Below, piece after piece: positions 9,527-17,565 of a stretch of 38,405 bases of DNA (positions are counted from its first letter, which is position 1; every line of letters starts with the position of its first letter). The DNA is from a virus. The DNA is taken from the IMG/VR virus record IMGVR_UViG_3300045988_111196. One strand, given 5' to 3'. A program made the position numbers and the translations under genes. Under the pieces are notes generated by a model, which saw nothing but the letters and a program-made list of their open reading frames with translations, did not search any database and was not told the origin of the DNA.

Positions 9527-10012
9527 ATGTCAGTAATAGAAACAGCAGTAAATTGGGCTATTGGAATTGCAAATGACAATAGTCACGGATATGATCAGGG
9601 CAGTCGAGATGGACCAAACTACGACTGCTCTTCTTTTTTATCATGGGCATATCACAATGCCGGATTAAATACTCGACCGGGATACACGCCAGCGACAGGT
9701 TCTATGTACAGTGTTTTTACTAATGCCGGTTTTGTGGATGTAACAAGTCAGGTAAGTTTATCAAGTGGTTCAGGACTGGAACGGGGAGATATTTTATTGC
9801 GTCCTGGAAGTCATACGGCAATGCATATTGGGAATGGACAACTTGTCGAAGCAAGTCAAAATGAGTTTGGCGGGATTACAGGTGGTGCAAGCGGAGATCA
9901 GACAGGAAAAGAAATATGGGTACATGGGTACTACAATTTTCCTTGGACATATGTATTACGATATCCGGAACAAAACAAGGGAGTATCGTTTGTCAGATGG
10001 ATACCGGGATAA
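9527..10012 (+). CDS. NlpC/P60-like cell-wall hydrolase (virion-associated)
   Basis: Cys motif GPNYDCSSFLSWAY and His motif GSHTAMHIGNG occur at NlpC/P60-type spacing. The gene lies in the tail module. Confidence 0.65.
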   Translation: MSVIETAVNWAIGIANDNSHGYDQGSRDGPNYDCSSFLSWAYHNAGLNTRPGYTPATGSMYSVFTNAGFVDVTSQVSLSSGSGLERGDILLRPGSHTAMHIGNGQLVEASQNEFGGITGGASGDQTGKEIWVHGYYNFPWTYVLRYPEQNKGVSFVRWIPG

Positions 10013-10027
10013 TGGAGGAAAGAAAGA

Positions 10028-10567
10028 ATGGCAGTACAAAACAGGAGAGGTCCTTATGGGAAATTAGATAAAACAAAACTCCTTCCTGGGGAATATGCTA
10101 TCGTTCTTCAGGATGATCCATTTTGTAAAGATGGAAAATCTGTATATATATGTTTCCGCGCAGGAGATACGAAGCGCATGGCAACATTCGAAGATATGCA
10201 GGAAAACATAGAAGATATAACAGACGAAATTGAAAAAGAATTTACGGAAGAGATAAGAGCTGCTACAGAGGCAGCAAAATATATTACCGCTTACATTGAG
10301 GGAAAATTAGAAAATGGAGATTTTAATGGACCGCAAGGAGAGCAGGGAATACAAGGTTCTGAGGGACAAAAAGGTCCAAAAGGAGACAAGGGTGAAAAAG
10401 GTGAGAAAGGTGATACGGGGGAAAGCGGTGTAACGGTTCCAGTGGAAGGCTTTACAGCGTTAAGTGTTGATGATAAAGGAAATTTATATGTACATTATGC
10501 AGACGCTACGGATGCACCGAATTTCAGCCTAGATGACAGCGGTAATTTATATTACGAAATAGAATGA
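10028..10567 (+). CDS. Collagen-like repeat tail fibre protein
   Basis: Gly-X-Y run GPQGEQGIQGSEGQKGPKGDKGEKGEKGDTGESG. Confidence 0.7.
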   Translation: MAVQNRRGPYGKLDKTKLLPGEYAIVLQDDPFCKDGKSVYICFRAGDTKRMATFEDMQENIEDITDEIEKEFTEEIRAATEAAKYITAYIEGKLENGDFNGPQGEQGIQGSEGQKGPKGDKGEKGEKGDTGESGVTVPVEGFTALSVDDKGNLYVHYADATDAPNFSLDDSGNLYYEIE

Positions 10568-10586
10568 TAATAGGGAGAGGTGGATT

Positions 10587-11414
10587 ATGCCGAAAGTTTT
10601 AATTGGAAATGTTGCGGGACCGAAAGGACCAAAAGGGGACAAGGGGGATCAAGGTCCTGAGGGACAACGGGGACCGCAAGGAGAGCAGGGAAATATAAAT
10701 GCCGGCTCAACAGTTTCGTTTACGGAAGCACTTGAAAGAGAAAATATAAAATCTGGGGAAAGTTGTGCAACAATCTTTGGAAAGATAAAGAAATTTTTTA
10801 CGGATTTGAAAACAGTTGCATTTACTGGAAGTTACAGTGATTTATTGGATAAGCCTACACTTGGGAGTGCAGCGGGAAAAGATGTGGCAAACAATCTTAC
10901 AACAAGCGATTCATCTCATGTTTTGGATGCAAGACAGGGCAAGGCTCTTAATGAGGCAAAGCTAGATAAAAATAATGTGGTAAATAACTTGACTACTACG
11001 GAAGAAGGATATGCGCTTGATGCAAGACAGGGGAAAGAAATAAATGGAAATATTGTCGAGTTAAAAGAAAAATCCTACGAAATCATTAAAACTCAAAATG
11101 GATATATTAAAAAATATAATAATGGCGTTTTTGAAGCATGGGCGAAAACATCTATACAAAACACAAGCCTTGAATTTACTCAAATTGGAAGTACAAATTT
11201 GCATTATGCAAGGTATACCAATTTTAATCTTGGTATTACTGCTACGGAAATTTACAATATACAAACAAGCGCGATGAATAATGGAGTAGTTTGGGCGGCA
11301 CGTCCGTCTTTGAATGCGAATAAAGGCGGGATTGACGGGTATATAATCCAGATTGGCGCGGATAAGGCAAAGACTACATATCTTGATGCGTACGTGGCCG
11401 GAAAGTGGAAATAA
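10587..11414 (+). CDS. Collagen-like repeat tail fibre / receptor-binding candidate
   Basis: Gly-X-Y run GPKGPKGDKGDQGPEGQRGPQGEQG. An internal duplicated motif NNLTT(S/T)..(H/Y)(V/A)LDARQGK is also present. Confidence 0.7.
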   Translation: MPKVLIGNVAGPKGPKGDKGDQGPEGQRGPQGEQGNINAGSTVSFTEALERENIKSGESCATIFGKIKKFFTDLKTVAFTGSYSDLLDKPTLGSAAGKDVANNLTTSDSSHVLDARQGKALNEAKLDKNNVVNNLTTTEEGYALDARQGKEINGNIVELKEKSYEIIKTQNGYIKKYNNGVFEAWAKTSIQNTSLEFTQIGSTNLHYARYTNFNLGITATEIYNIQTSAMNNGVVWAARPSLNANKGGIDGYIIQIGADKAKTTYLDAYVAGKWK

Positions 11415-11429
11415 AAAAAGGGGAAGAAT

Positions 11430-11813
11430 ATGGAGAAATTAATTTTAAACGACAAATCGGAAGTGAAAATCAAAGAAGGATCTACATTAAATCATATTGT
11501 AGCGGAAGTTTCCAATTTTGCAGAGTTGCAGGAAGTAGCGGGAAAATTAGAAAAACAAGGAAATCTTGATGCGTTGCAATTTGTATCAGGAGAAAATATA
11601 ACCGGGAAGTATACAGATATGATTCTTGAACGACCAATGTTTAAAGAAGTGGATACAGTAAATGGAGCGGTGACAGCATCATTTTCTGTTAGAGAGAAAA
11701 CGGATGTTGAAAAGCGCCTTGACGCATTGGAAGCAGGACAGAATATTCAAGACGGGGCGATTAAAGATTTGGGAAATGTTGTATCTGAATTATCTGATGG
11801 AGGAAGTCTGTAA
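11430..11813 (+). CDS. Hypothetical tail-module protein
   Basis: 127-aa ORF with an RBS (aggggaag), in series with the fibre genes. Confidence 0.4.
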   Translation: MEKLILNDKSEVKIKEGSTLNHIVAEVSNFAELQEVAGKLEKQGNLDALQFVSGENITGKYTDMILERPMFKEVDTVNGAVTASFSVREKTDVEKRLDALEAGQNIQDGAIKDLGNVVSELSDGGSL

Positions 11814-11914
11814 TGGTAAATTTTTACATTGACAAAATTAAAAAGAATTTGATGAGCATTGAAGAAGTTCCGAAACTTTGGAGACAGAAGGTAGAGAAAC
11901 AAATGAAACAGTAA
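11813..11914 (+). CDS. 33-aa mini-protein (XkdX/CD1375-like motif, not in ORF track)
   Basis: The ATG overlaps the upstream TAA (TAATG). The peptide is MVNFYIDKIKKNLMSIEEVPKLWRQKVEKQMKQ, and the EEVP..W...V motif recurs in ORF 14077..14205. Confidence 0.4.
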   Translation: MVNFYIDKIKKNLMSIEEVPKLWRQKVEKQMKQ

Positions 11915-11930
11915 TGAGGTGAAACATAGT

Positions 11931-13166
11931 ATGATCACAATAGATTACAACACAAGAAAAGTACTTGCCGGAAAGCTGTGGCAGTATGATTACGGACAGG
12001 TATTACGAATACAAGGCGGAAATCTGAATAAAGTACAAGAGATACAATTTGCGCTTGAAGAGACTGGCGCGGACGCTATGCCAAGGTTTGGTGTAACAAA
12101 AGACGGTGTAACGGATGTAGTAATTCCAGATGTGATGCTGGAGAATAATGATTTCGAGGTGGATTATCCGTTTTATGTTTTTATCTACAATCGAGACGAT
12201 GCATCCGGCGAGACGGTTGAAAAATTTGCGCTGAACGTGCTTGCCAGATCAAAGCCGGAAAACTTTACAGCACCCGAAGATACCAAACTATTCCAAGAGG
12301 CGATTAAAACAGTAAATGAATCCGCCGAACGTGCAGAATCAGCAGAACAGAAAGCAGCACAACACGCAGAGCAAACGAAAGCCGATGCGATTAAAACTGG
12401 AGAAGATAGAACAGCGATTGCAGAAATGGTTGACTCTGTATCCGGCATCTCCGAACAGGTGCAAATTGTTAAGGATTATAAAGAACAGGCACAGACCGCA
12501 GCTACAAATGCACTGCTATCCGAACAGGCATCGGAACAAGCGAAAGAGTCTGCATTACAAGCACAAGGTCGTACTGAGACAGTGGCAGACGAAGTAGAGC
12601 AACACGCTCTTGAAGTTGCAGGAGATAAGTCAGAAGTGGAACGTCTAGCGACACAGGTGAGACAGGATAAATCCTCTGTGGAACAGACTGTACAGGGGTT
12701 TGGAAACACAGCACAGCAGGCGATACAAAGTGTAAACACTGCAAAAACACAGGGTGTAAATGCAATAAATACCGCAGAGGCAGAGGCTATAAAGGTAGTT
12801 GCAGACAAGGGAGCAAAGCAGACTGGCAATGTTACAGCAGAGGGAGAGAAACAAGTACAGGCGGTACAGGCAAAAGGGCAAGAGGTAATAAACTCCATTC
12901 CGAGCGATTATACAACGCAGATGGCAACGAAACTCGACAAGCAACAGGGGACGGAGAACGCTGGAAAATTACTTGGAGTGGGAACAGATGGCAATGTCGC
13001 ACTTATGGGTGGTGCTAGTGTTGGAGAGATATTAATTGCAGACTATACACATAGAGGAAATCCGGAATTCCATTTTGCAGATTTCGATTTCGCAACCGGA
13101 ATCGGAACGACGACAGAACCGCATGGATTAACGAAAAAAAACAGAAGTGTTGATATGTCCGAATGA
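11931..13166 (+). CDS. Tail fibre / baseplate upper protein-like, N-terminal and coiled-coil part (track start GTG 11919)
   Basis: N-terminus ITIDYNTRKVLAGKLWQYDYGQVLRIQG is BppU-N-like. It is followed by a long A/Q/E coiled coil. The ORF ends 8 codons after an A8 tract. Confidence 0.6.
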   Translation: MITIDYNTRKVLAGKLWQYDYGQVLRIQGGNLNKVQEIQFALEETGADAMPRFGVTKDGVTDVVIPDVMLENNDFEVDYPFYVFIYNRDDASGETVEKFALNVLARSKPENFTAPEDTKLFQEAIKTVNESAERAESAEQKAAQHAEQTKADAIKTGEDRTAIAEMVDSVSGISEQVQIVKDYKEQAQTAATNALLSEQASEQAKESALQAQGRTETVADEVEQHALEVAGDKSEVERLATQVRQDKSSVEQTVQGFGNTAQQAIQSVNTAKTQGVNAINTAEAEAIKVVADKGAKQTGNVTAEGEKQVQAVQAKGQEVINSIPSDYTTQMATKLDKQQGTENAGKLLGVGTDGNVALMGGASVGEILIADYTHRGNPEFHFADFDFATGIGTTTEPHGLTKKNRSVDMSE

Positions 13167-13845
13167 TTGGACAATTTTAAATCCGTTCAATGGTATGCTT
13201 AGTATGCCGATTGAATGGACTATGGTTGAAAAATTAAGTGATGCTTTAGCGTTAATTCCTGTCGATAATACACATTTGAAAGTAGTTGCATCCAAAGAAG
13301 AAGCAATTATTAATGTCAATCTTGAGGATGTATCCAATACAAATGTTGATATTACAAAATTCCATTTCGAAAAACCGATTAGCTACGTTGTAAAAAATTT
13401 AGATAATAAAATCAATACTAAATATATAAAAGTGTTAAGTAGTGGATATTGCTTTTACACTGGCAGATATAGATATAGAAATGTTTCTGTTATTTTTGAA
13501 AGTGGAAATATAAATACTGTGAATTATATAAATGCACTAGGGTTTTCGAGGGGTGGAAATGCTCCGGCAAGAAATGGGATTTTCGTAAATGAAGAAACGC
13601 TGATCGATTTAAGAAATAATACTAAATATTATAACAAAATACTATCGTATGCTAGAAGAAAAGGATATAGTCATTTAGTAAATGACCCAGTTAGAACGGT
13701 AGATGATGCGTGGATATTTTCGCAAGGAGCAAATGTAAAAGCAATAAAAAGTTATAGCACACACTCGGACAATTACGCCTACATGTCAAATGGAACACGT
13801 ATACAAATCTATGCGTTAGAGGGAGAATACAAAAATGAAAGTTAA
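13147..13845 (+). CDS. Tail fibre distal (receptor-binding) part; probably the frame-shifted continuation of 11931..13166
   Basis: GTG start with no RBS. The frame is open from 13132, immediately at the A8 tract. Confidence 0.5.
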   Translation: MLICPNDWTILNPFNGMLSMPIEWTMVEKLSDALALIPVDNTHLKVVASKEEAIINVNLEDVSNTNVDITKFHFEKPISYVVKNLDNKINTKYIKVLSSGYCFYTGRYRYRNVSVIFESGNINTVNYINALGFSRGGNAPARNGIFVNEETLIDLRNNTKYYNKILSYARRKGYSHLVNDPVRTVDDAWIFSQGANVKAIKSYSTHSDNYAYMSNGTRIQIYALEGEYKNES

Positions 13846-14029
13846 AAAAATGGAGTATGACGCTGCAACAGGGGAATATAAAGAAATTTACGAAGAAGAT
13901 TTACCATCTCTTGAAGAACCGGAAATCATACAGGAACAAACCTTAGAAGAAAAGGTACAGGAGTTGCAAGAAGAGAATGCAATGTTGACTGCATGTATAT
14001 TAGAAATGTCGGAGCTGGTATACAAATGA
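13835..14029 (+). CDS. Hypothetical acidic small protein
   Basis: 64-aa E-rich ORF in series after the fibre gene. Confidence 0.35.
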   Translation: MKVKKMEYDAATGEYKEIYEEDLPSLEEPEIIQEQTLEEKVQELQEENAMLTACILEMSELVYK

Positions 14030-14076
14030 TAACTTTATTAACAAATTTAATTTTATTTATAAGAAAGGATGATTTT

Positions 14077-14205
14077 ATGATGGCAATGCTGTGGGCACAA
14101 CAAATTATGTTAGGCAAAAAGAAATTTGAGGACGTACCGAGACTACTAAAAGAGCAGGTAAAGGAAATCTTGGTCGATTCCGGTATGGGTGAGTTGGCTG
14201 AATAG
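14077..14205 (+). CDS. 42-aa mini-protein (XkdX/CD1375-like motif; alternative start 14026)
   Basis: RBS aaagga lies 7 nt before ATG 14077. The peptide is MMAMLWAQQIMLGKKKFEDVPRLLKEQVKEILVDSGMGELAE. Confidence 0.4.
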   Translation: MMAMLWAQQIMLGKKKFEDVPRLLKEQVKEILVDSGMGELAE

Positions 14206-14279
14206 AGGTGGTACATATGGAAATTCGAGCAAGACCGTGAGAGTCTTTTTATTTTGCAATAATTTTTTTGGAGGGAAAT

Positions 14280-14561
14280 ATGAATGAGACAGAAGTAGAG
14301 GTAACACTTGAGAGCCACAGAAATGAAATAGGCTCGCTAAAACACCGTATGAGTGATGTGGAAAAGATTGTGGAATCCGTACACCAGCTCGCAAATGAGA
14401 TGGTTGGTCTTACGAAAGAGATGCATCACACAAACAAAGCAATCGAAAGATTGAATGAAGACGTAGCAGAATTAAAAAGAAAGCCAGCACAGCGTTGGGA
14501 ATTGGTAATTACGACAATTATCTCGGCGTTAGCTGGCTATTTAATTTCAATGATTTTTTAG
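14280..14561 (+). CDS. XhlA-like lysis-associated protein (coiled coil + C-terminal TM)
   Basis: RBS ggaggg lies 5 nt upstream of ATG 14280. A coiled coil is followed by RWELVITTIISALAGYLISMIF. It lies directly upstream of the holin, as in PBSX xhlA-xhlB. Confidence 0.6.
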   Translation: MNETEVEVTLESHRNEIGSLKHRMSDVEKIVESVHQLANEMVGLTKEMHHTNKAIERLNEDVAELKRKPAQRWELVITTIISALAGYLISMIF

Positions 14562-14574
14562 GAGGAAATGAAAA

Positions 14575-14835
14575 ATGACAAGAAAGATTAACTGGGAAGT
14601 ACGATTAAAAAACAAGCAGTTTTGGCTTGCAATTATTCCGGCGGTACTGCTATTAGTACAAGCAGTAGCAGCAGTATTTGGGTACACATTAGATTTAAAC
14701 GAACTTGGGAATAGGTTGATTGTGGTTGTAAATGCAGTATTTACAGTGCTTGTAATCTTAGGTGTTGTAACTGACCATACAACAAGAGGGGTGAAAGACA
14801 GCACACAAGCACTTACATATACAGAACCTAAATAG
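14575..14835 (+). CDS. Holin, phage phi LC3 family (XhlB-like)
   Basis: Motif KNKQFWLAIIPAVLLLVQ, two TM segments and the C-terminal GVVTDHTTRGVKDSTQALTYTEP are typical of the phiLC3 holin family. Confidence 0.75.
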   Translation: MTRKINWEVRLKNKQFWLAIIPAVLLLVQAVAAVFGYTLDLNELGNRLIVVVNAVFTVLVILGVVTDHTTRGVKDSTQALTYTEPK

Positions 14836-14851
14836 TCTAATGAAAAGTAGT

Positions 14852-14880
14852 CGGGGGTGCAAGTTGAGCCCCCGTTTAAT
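14852..14880 (+). terminator. Rho-independent terminator after holin
   Basis: Stem CGGGGG(14852-57)/CCCCCG(14869-74) followed by TTTAATAATT. Confidence 0.6.
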
Positions 14881-14918
14881 AATTCCATAGGTAGGGTGGA
14901 AAAATTTTGAAAAATCTC

Positions 14919-14958
14919 TTGACTTTTGCCTAGACATATATTATATTATGCCTAGGCA
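14919..14958 (+). promoter_or_regulatory. Sigma-A promoter with two operator-like 10-mers
   Basis: TTGACT (14919-24), a 17-nt spacer, then TATATT (14942-47). TGCCTAGACA (14927-36) and the perfect palindrome TGCCTAGGCA (14949-58) lie 22 bp apart and bracket the -10. Confidence 0.6.
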
Positions 14959-14977
14959 TAAAAGAGAGGTGAAGAAT

Positions 14978-15163
14978 ATGTCGCCGAGAACAGGAAGACC
15001 GATTGTAGGAAAAGAACCAAAGAATAAACAAATCGCATTAAGGGCAACAGAAACAACTGTGAGAAAATTTCAAGAATGTTCAGAGATTACTGGAAAAACA
15101 AAAACAGATTTGCTTGAAGAAATGGTAAATGACCTACACGAAAATCTGAAAAAAGAAAAATAA
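14978..15163 (+). CDS. Ribbon-helix-helix (Arc/CopG-like) DNA-binding protein
   Basis: RBS gagaggtg lies 7 nt before ATG 14978. The predicted beta-strand KQIALRATE is followed by two helices (TVRKFQECSEITG / KTDLLEEMVNDL). Confidence 0.6.
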   Translation: MSPRTGRPIVGKEPKNKQIALRATETTVRKFQECSEITGKTKTDLLEEMVNDLHENLKKEK

Positions 15164-15284
15164 GAAACGCCCGGCCAACCTACCAAGTCAACGAGCGTTT
15201 CTGCTAAGAAGTTTCCTTCTGTAAATATTATAATGCAGAACGGAACTTCTTTCAAGAACGAATTTGAAAGGAGTTTTTATTATT

Positions 15285-16052
15285 ATGAACGATTTAATGA
15301 ACAAAGTTGCGCAGACACCTATTGAAATTGCTTTAGGTATTGACAAAAACGGAATGACAACAGCAAGAAAGCTATATGAGTTTCTTGGAATGGATAAAAG
15401 TAATTACTCAAGATGGATTAGGAATAATATCACAGAAAATCAATTTGCTACAGAAAATGAAGATTTTGTGCGATTCGTCATAAATGACGAGACGCCCACA
15501 GGCGGGAAAATAGCAAGAGAAGATTTTCGTTTATCCTGTAATTTTGCAAAGAAACTTTCTATGATGTCAAAGAGCGAGAAAGGCGAACAGGCACGCCAGT
15601 ATTTTGTACGAGTCGAAGATGGAATGAAAGAGGTCGCTCTTCGACTTCAGAATATGTCTCCAGAACTTCAAGCTATCATCATGCATGACAAGAAGATTCA
15701 GCAGGTAGAAAGTAAAGTGGAATCTGTTAATCAGGATTTGCAGGATTTTAAGATGGACATGCCGATTCTTGGGATTGAAATTGACAAAATTACGTCCGCG
15801 GTAAAAAAGAAAGGCGTACAATGTCTTGGTGGAAAAGAAAGCAATTCTTATAAAGACAAGTCTCTGCGCGGAAAGGTGTATCATGACATTTATAGAGAAT
15901 TGAAAAGACAATTTGGAGTCAGTACATATAAAGCAATCAAAAGAAACCAGTGTGACTTAGCGGTGGAAGTGATTGGGCGCTATGAACTTCCGTATGTCCT
16001 AGTAGAGCAGATACAGGACTGTAATGCACAAATAAGCATGGAGGTGGCGTAA
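15285..16052 (+). CDS. Antirepressor (AntA-like N-terminal domain + ORF6C-like C-terminal domain)
   Basis: Motifs TTARKLYEFLGMDKSNYSRWIRNNI...FKLSCNFAKKLSMMSKSEKGEQARQYFV (seen as REDFRLSCNFAKKL...) and the C-terminal KDKSLRGKVYHDIYRELKRQFGVSTYKAIKR. Confidence 0.75.
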   Translation: MNDLMNKVAQTPIEIALGIDKNGMTTARKLYEFLGMDKSNYSRWIRNNITENQFATENEDFVRFVINDETPTGGKIAREDFRLSCNFAKKLSMMSKSEKGEQARQYFVRVEDGMKEVALRLQNMSPELQAIIMHDKKIQQVESKVESVNQDLQDFKMDMPILGIEIDKITSAVKKKGVQCLGGKESNSYKDKSLRGKVYHDIYRELKRQFGVSTYKAIKRNQCDLAVEVIGRYELPYVLVEQIQDCNAQISMEVA

Positions 16053-16053
16053 G

Positions 16054-16164
16054 ATGCGTGAAGGAGAAAATTATAAAACAATTATTAAAGAAATGTTAGA
16101 AGACACAGAGGATGTGGAAGTGTTATGTTTTGTATATACTGTTTTGAAGAACTTATTGAAGTGA
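16054..16164 (+). CDS. 36-aa mini-ORF (not in track)
   Basis: RBS ggaggtgg lies 6 nt upstream. The peptide is MREGENYKTIIKEMLEDTEDVEVLCFVYTVLKNLLK. Confidence 0.4.
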   Translation: MREGENYKTIIKEMLEDTEDVEVLCFVYTVLKNLLK

Positions 16165-16232
16165 TAGAATAGAGCGGAAAATTCCGCTGTACTTATGGTT
16201 GTCTCTATAAATGCATGGTGTGGAGGTTCAAG

Positions 16233-16346
16233 ATGAAAAATCAAGAAAATGTGGAAAGTATGAGTGAACAAAGAAAAAGATATATTATTGAAACAATAGA
16301 ACAAATAACAGATGAAAACAAACTTGGGAACTGTATTATTTTATAA
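16233..16346 (+). CDS. 37-aa mini-ORF, apparent truncated paralogue of 16054..16164
   Basis: RBS ggagg is present. The peptide ...KRYIIETIEQITDENKLGNCIIL aligns with ...YKTIIKEMLEDTEDVEVLCFV. Confidence 0.3.
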   Translation: MKNQENVESMSEQRKRYIIETIEQITDENKLGNCIIL

Positions 16347-16393
16347 AGGGATATTTAGGAGAAGCTTGTTAAAAAGAGCTAAATACAATAATT

Positions 16394-16429
16394 AGAACAT
16401 CTATCAGAAATGGTAGGTGTTCTTTTTAT
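16394..16429 (+). terminator. Rho-independent terminator; copy 1 of an exact 36-bp repeat (see 37989..38024)
   Basis: AGAACATCTA / loop TCAGAAATGG / TAGGTGTTCT gives a 10-bp stem with one G-U pair, followed by TTTTTAT. Confidence 0.7.
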
Positions 16430-16466
16430 AAAAAATTATTGTGCAATAGCACGGAAAGGAGTAAAT

Positions 16467-17492
16467 ATGGGAACATATAACGTACATGCAGGACACTGTC
16501 CACAAGGACAGGGGGCATCCGGAGCAGTTGGCATCTTGCAGGAATCTGTAGAAGATAGAATCGTCAAAAACGAAGTAATCCGTCTATTAAGAGCAGATGG
16601 GCACACGGTCTACGACTGTACTTGTGACGAGAACACGACAAAACAAGGCTGTTTAAATAAGATTGTAGCAAAATGCAATCAGCACGATGTTGACTTTGAT
16701 ATGAGTGTGCATCTAAACAGTGGTCGGAATGACTACGGCGGAGACGGTAGTGCAGGCGGAGTTGAGGTAATTATTTACGACGACACAACGAAAGAAGTCG
16801 CAGAAAGAATCTGTGCAAATATCGCAACGGAACTCGGTATCCGCAATAGAGGCGTGAAATATAACAAGTCGCTATTCGTGCTGAAAAAGACGGTATCCCC
16901 AGCGTTTCTGATAGAATGTTGCTTTGTCGATGATGCAGACGATGCTAAAGCGTGGGATGCAAAGAGATGTGCGAAAGCGATCGTGGAAGGAGTGCTGAAT
17001 AGAAAAATGGCAACAGAAAAATATACAATGCACACGTTTGGTGCTAATAGAAAAATCTACGACAATGACAGAAAAGAATATCTAAAAGACAGATGGTGTC
17101 TGTACAAAGGTAAGTATTATTACTGTGGTAAAGATGAATATTTGCTGACTGGCTGGCAGACGAATGTAGATGGTCGAAAAAAAGTTTACTTTATCGCACC
17201 TGACTGGCACTTACACGCAGGGTGGTTGTCATTTGGTTCCACTTATTACTATATGCATTCAAACGGAGAGATGGCTACAGGCTGGACGAGAATCAACGGA
17301 GATACTTATTACTTTGGAGATGATGGAATCCGTAGAACAGGCTGGCAGACGATTGACGGAAAGAAATACTGGTTTGATGCAAAAACAGGGAAAATGTTAA
17401 AAGGCAGAATCACGTTCGGAAGCACTTGGTATTATCTGTCAGAAACAGACGGACATCTTATGCACACGAAAGATGATGGAAGCTTGTATTAA
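16467..17492 (+). CDS. Endolysin: N-acetylmuramoyl-L-alanine amidase (Amidase_3) with C-terminal CW_binding_1-type repeats
   Basis: RBS ggaaaggag is present. Amidase_3 features are YNVHAGH...E...H.N and PAFLIECCFVDDADDA...AKAIVEGVLN. The C-terminus carries YYY..G.MATGW / GDTYYFGDDGIRRTGWQTIDGKKYWFD repeats. Confidence 0.85.
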   Translation: MGTYNVHAGHCPQGQGASGAVGILQESVEDRIVKNEVIRLLRADGHTVYDCTCDENTTKQGCLNKIVAKCNQHDVDFDMSVHLNSGRNDYGGDGSAGGVEVIIYDDTTKEVAERICANIATELGIRNRGVKYNKSLFVLKKTVSPAFLIECCFVDDADDAKAWDAKRCAKAIVEGVLNRKMATEKYTMHTFGANRKIYDNDRKEYLKDRWCLYKGKYYYCGKDEYLLTGWQTNVDGRKKVYFIAPDWHLHAGWLSFGSTYYYMHSNGEMATGWTRINGDTYYFGDDGIRRTGWQTIDGKKYWFDAKTGKMLKGRITFGSTWYYLSETDGHLMHTKDDGSLY

Positions 17493-17516
17493 CGCTTAAA
17501 TGAGTGTTGAAAACTA

Positions 17517-17551
17517 TTGACACACTAAATACACAGGTGCTATATTATAAT
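17517..17551 (+). promoter_or_regulatory. Promoter-like element downstream of endolysin
   Basis: TTGACA (17517-22), an 18-nt spacer, then TGcTATATT (17538-46). Confidence 0.35.
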
Positions 17552-17565
17552 TAGAAACAAACAAA

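Noticed and set aside
9765-10067. Alternative-frame ORF bridging the NlpC/P60 gene and the next gene
   Set aside because: It lies inside the hydrolase CDS in another frame with no RBS. Both flanking genes have their own strong start signals.
12185-12944. Cluster of overlapping ORFs on both strands inside the tail-fibre coiled-coil region (12185-12448 -, 12316-12597 +, 12476-12898 -, 12502-12765 -, 12645-12944 -)
   Set aside because: The GCA/CAG/GAA-rich coiled-coil coding sequence is stop-poor in several frames. Only the 11931-13166 frame has recognisable protein features.
14948-14977. ATG 14948 as the start of the RHH protein
   Set aside because: It has no RBS and lies within the operator palindrome. 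ATG 14978 has GAGAGGTG 7 nt upstream.
16172-16187. Palindrome AGCGGAAAATTCCGCT after mini-ORF 16054-16164 as a terminator
   Set aside because: The stem is only 6-7 bp, the loop is very small, and no U-tract follows. This is not enough to call a terminator or an operator.
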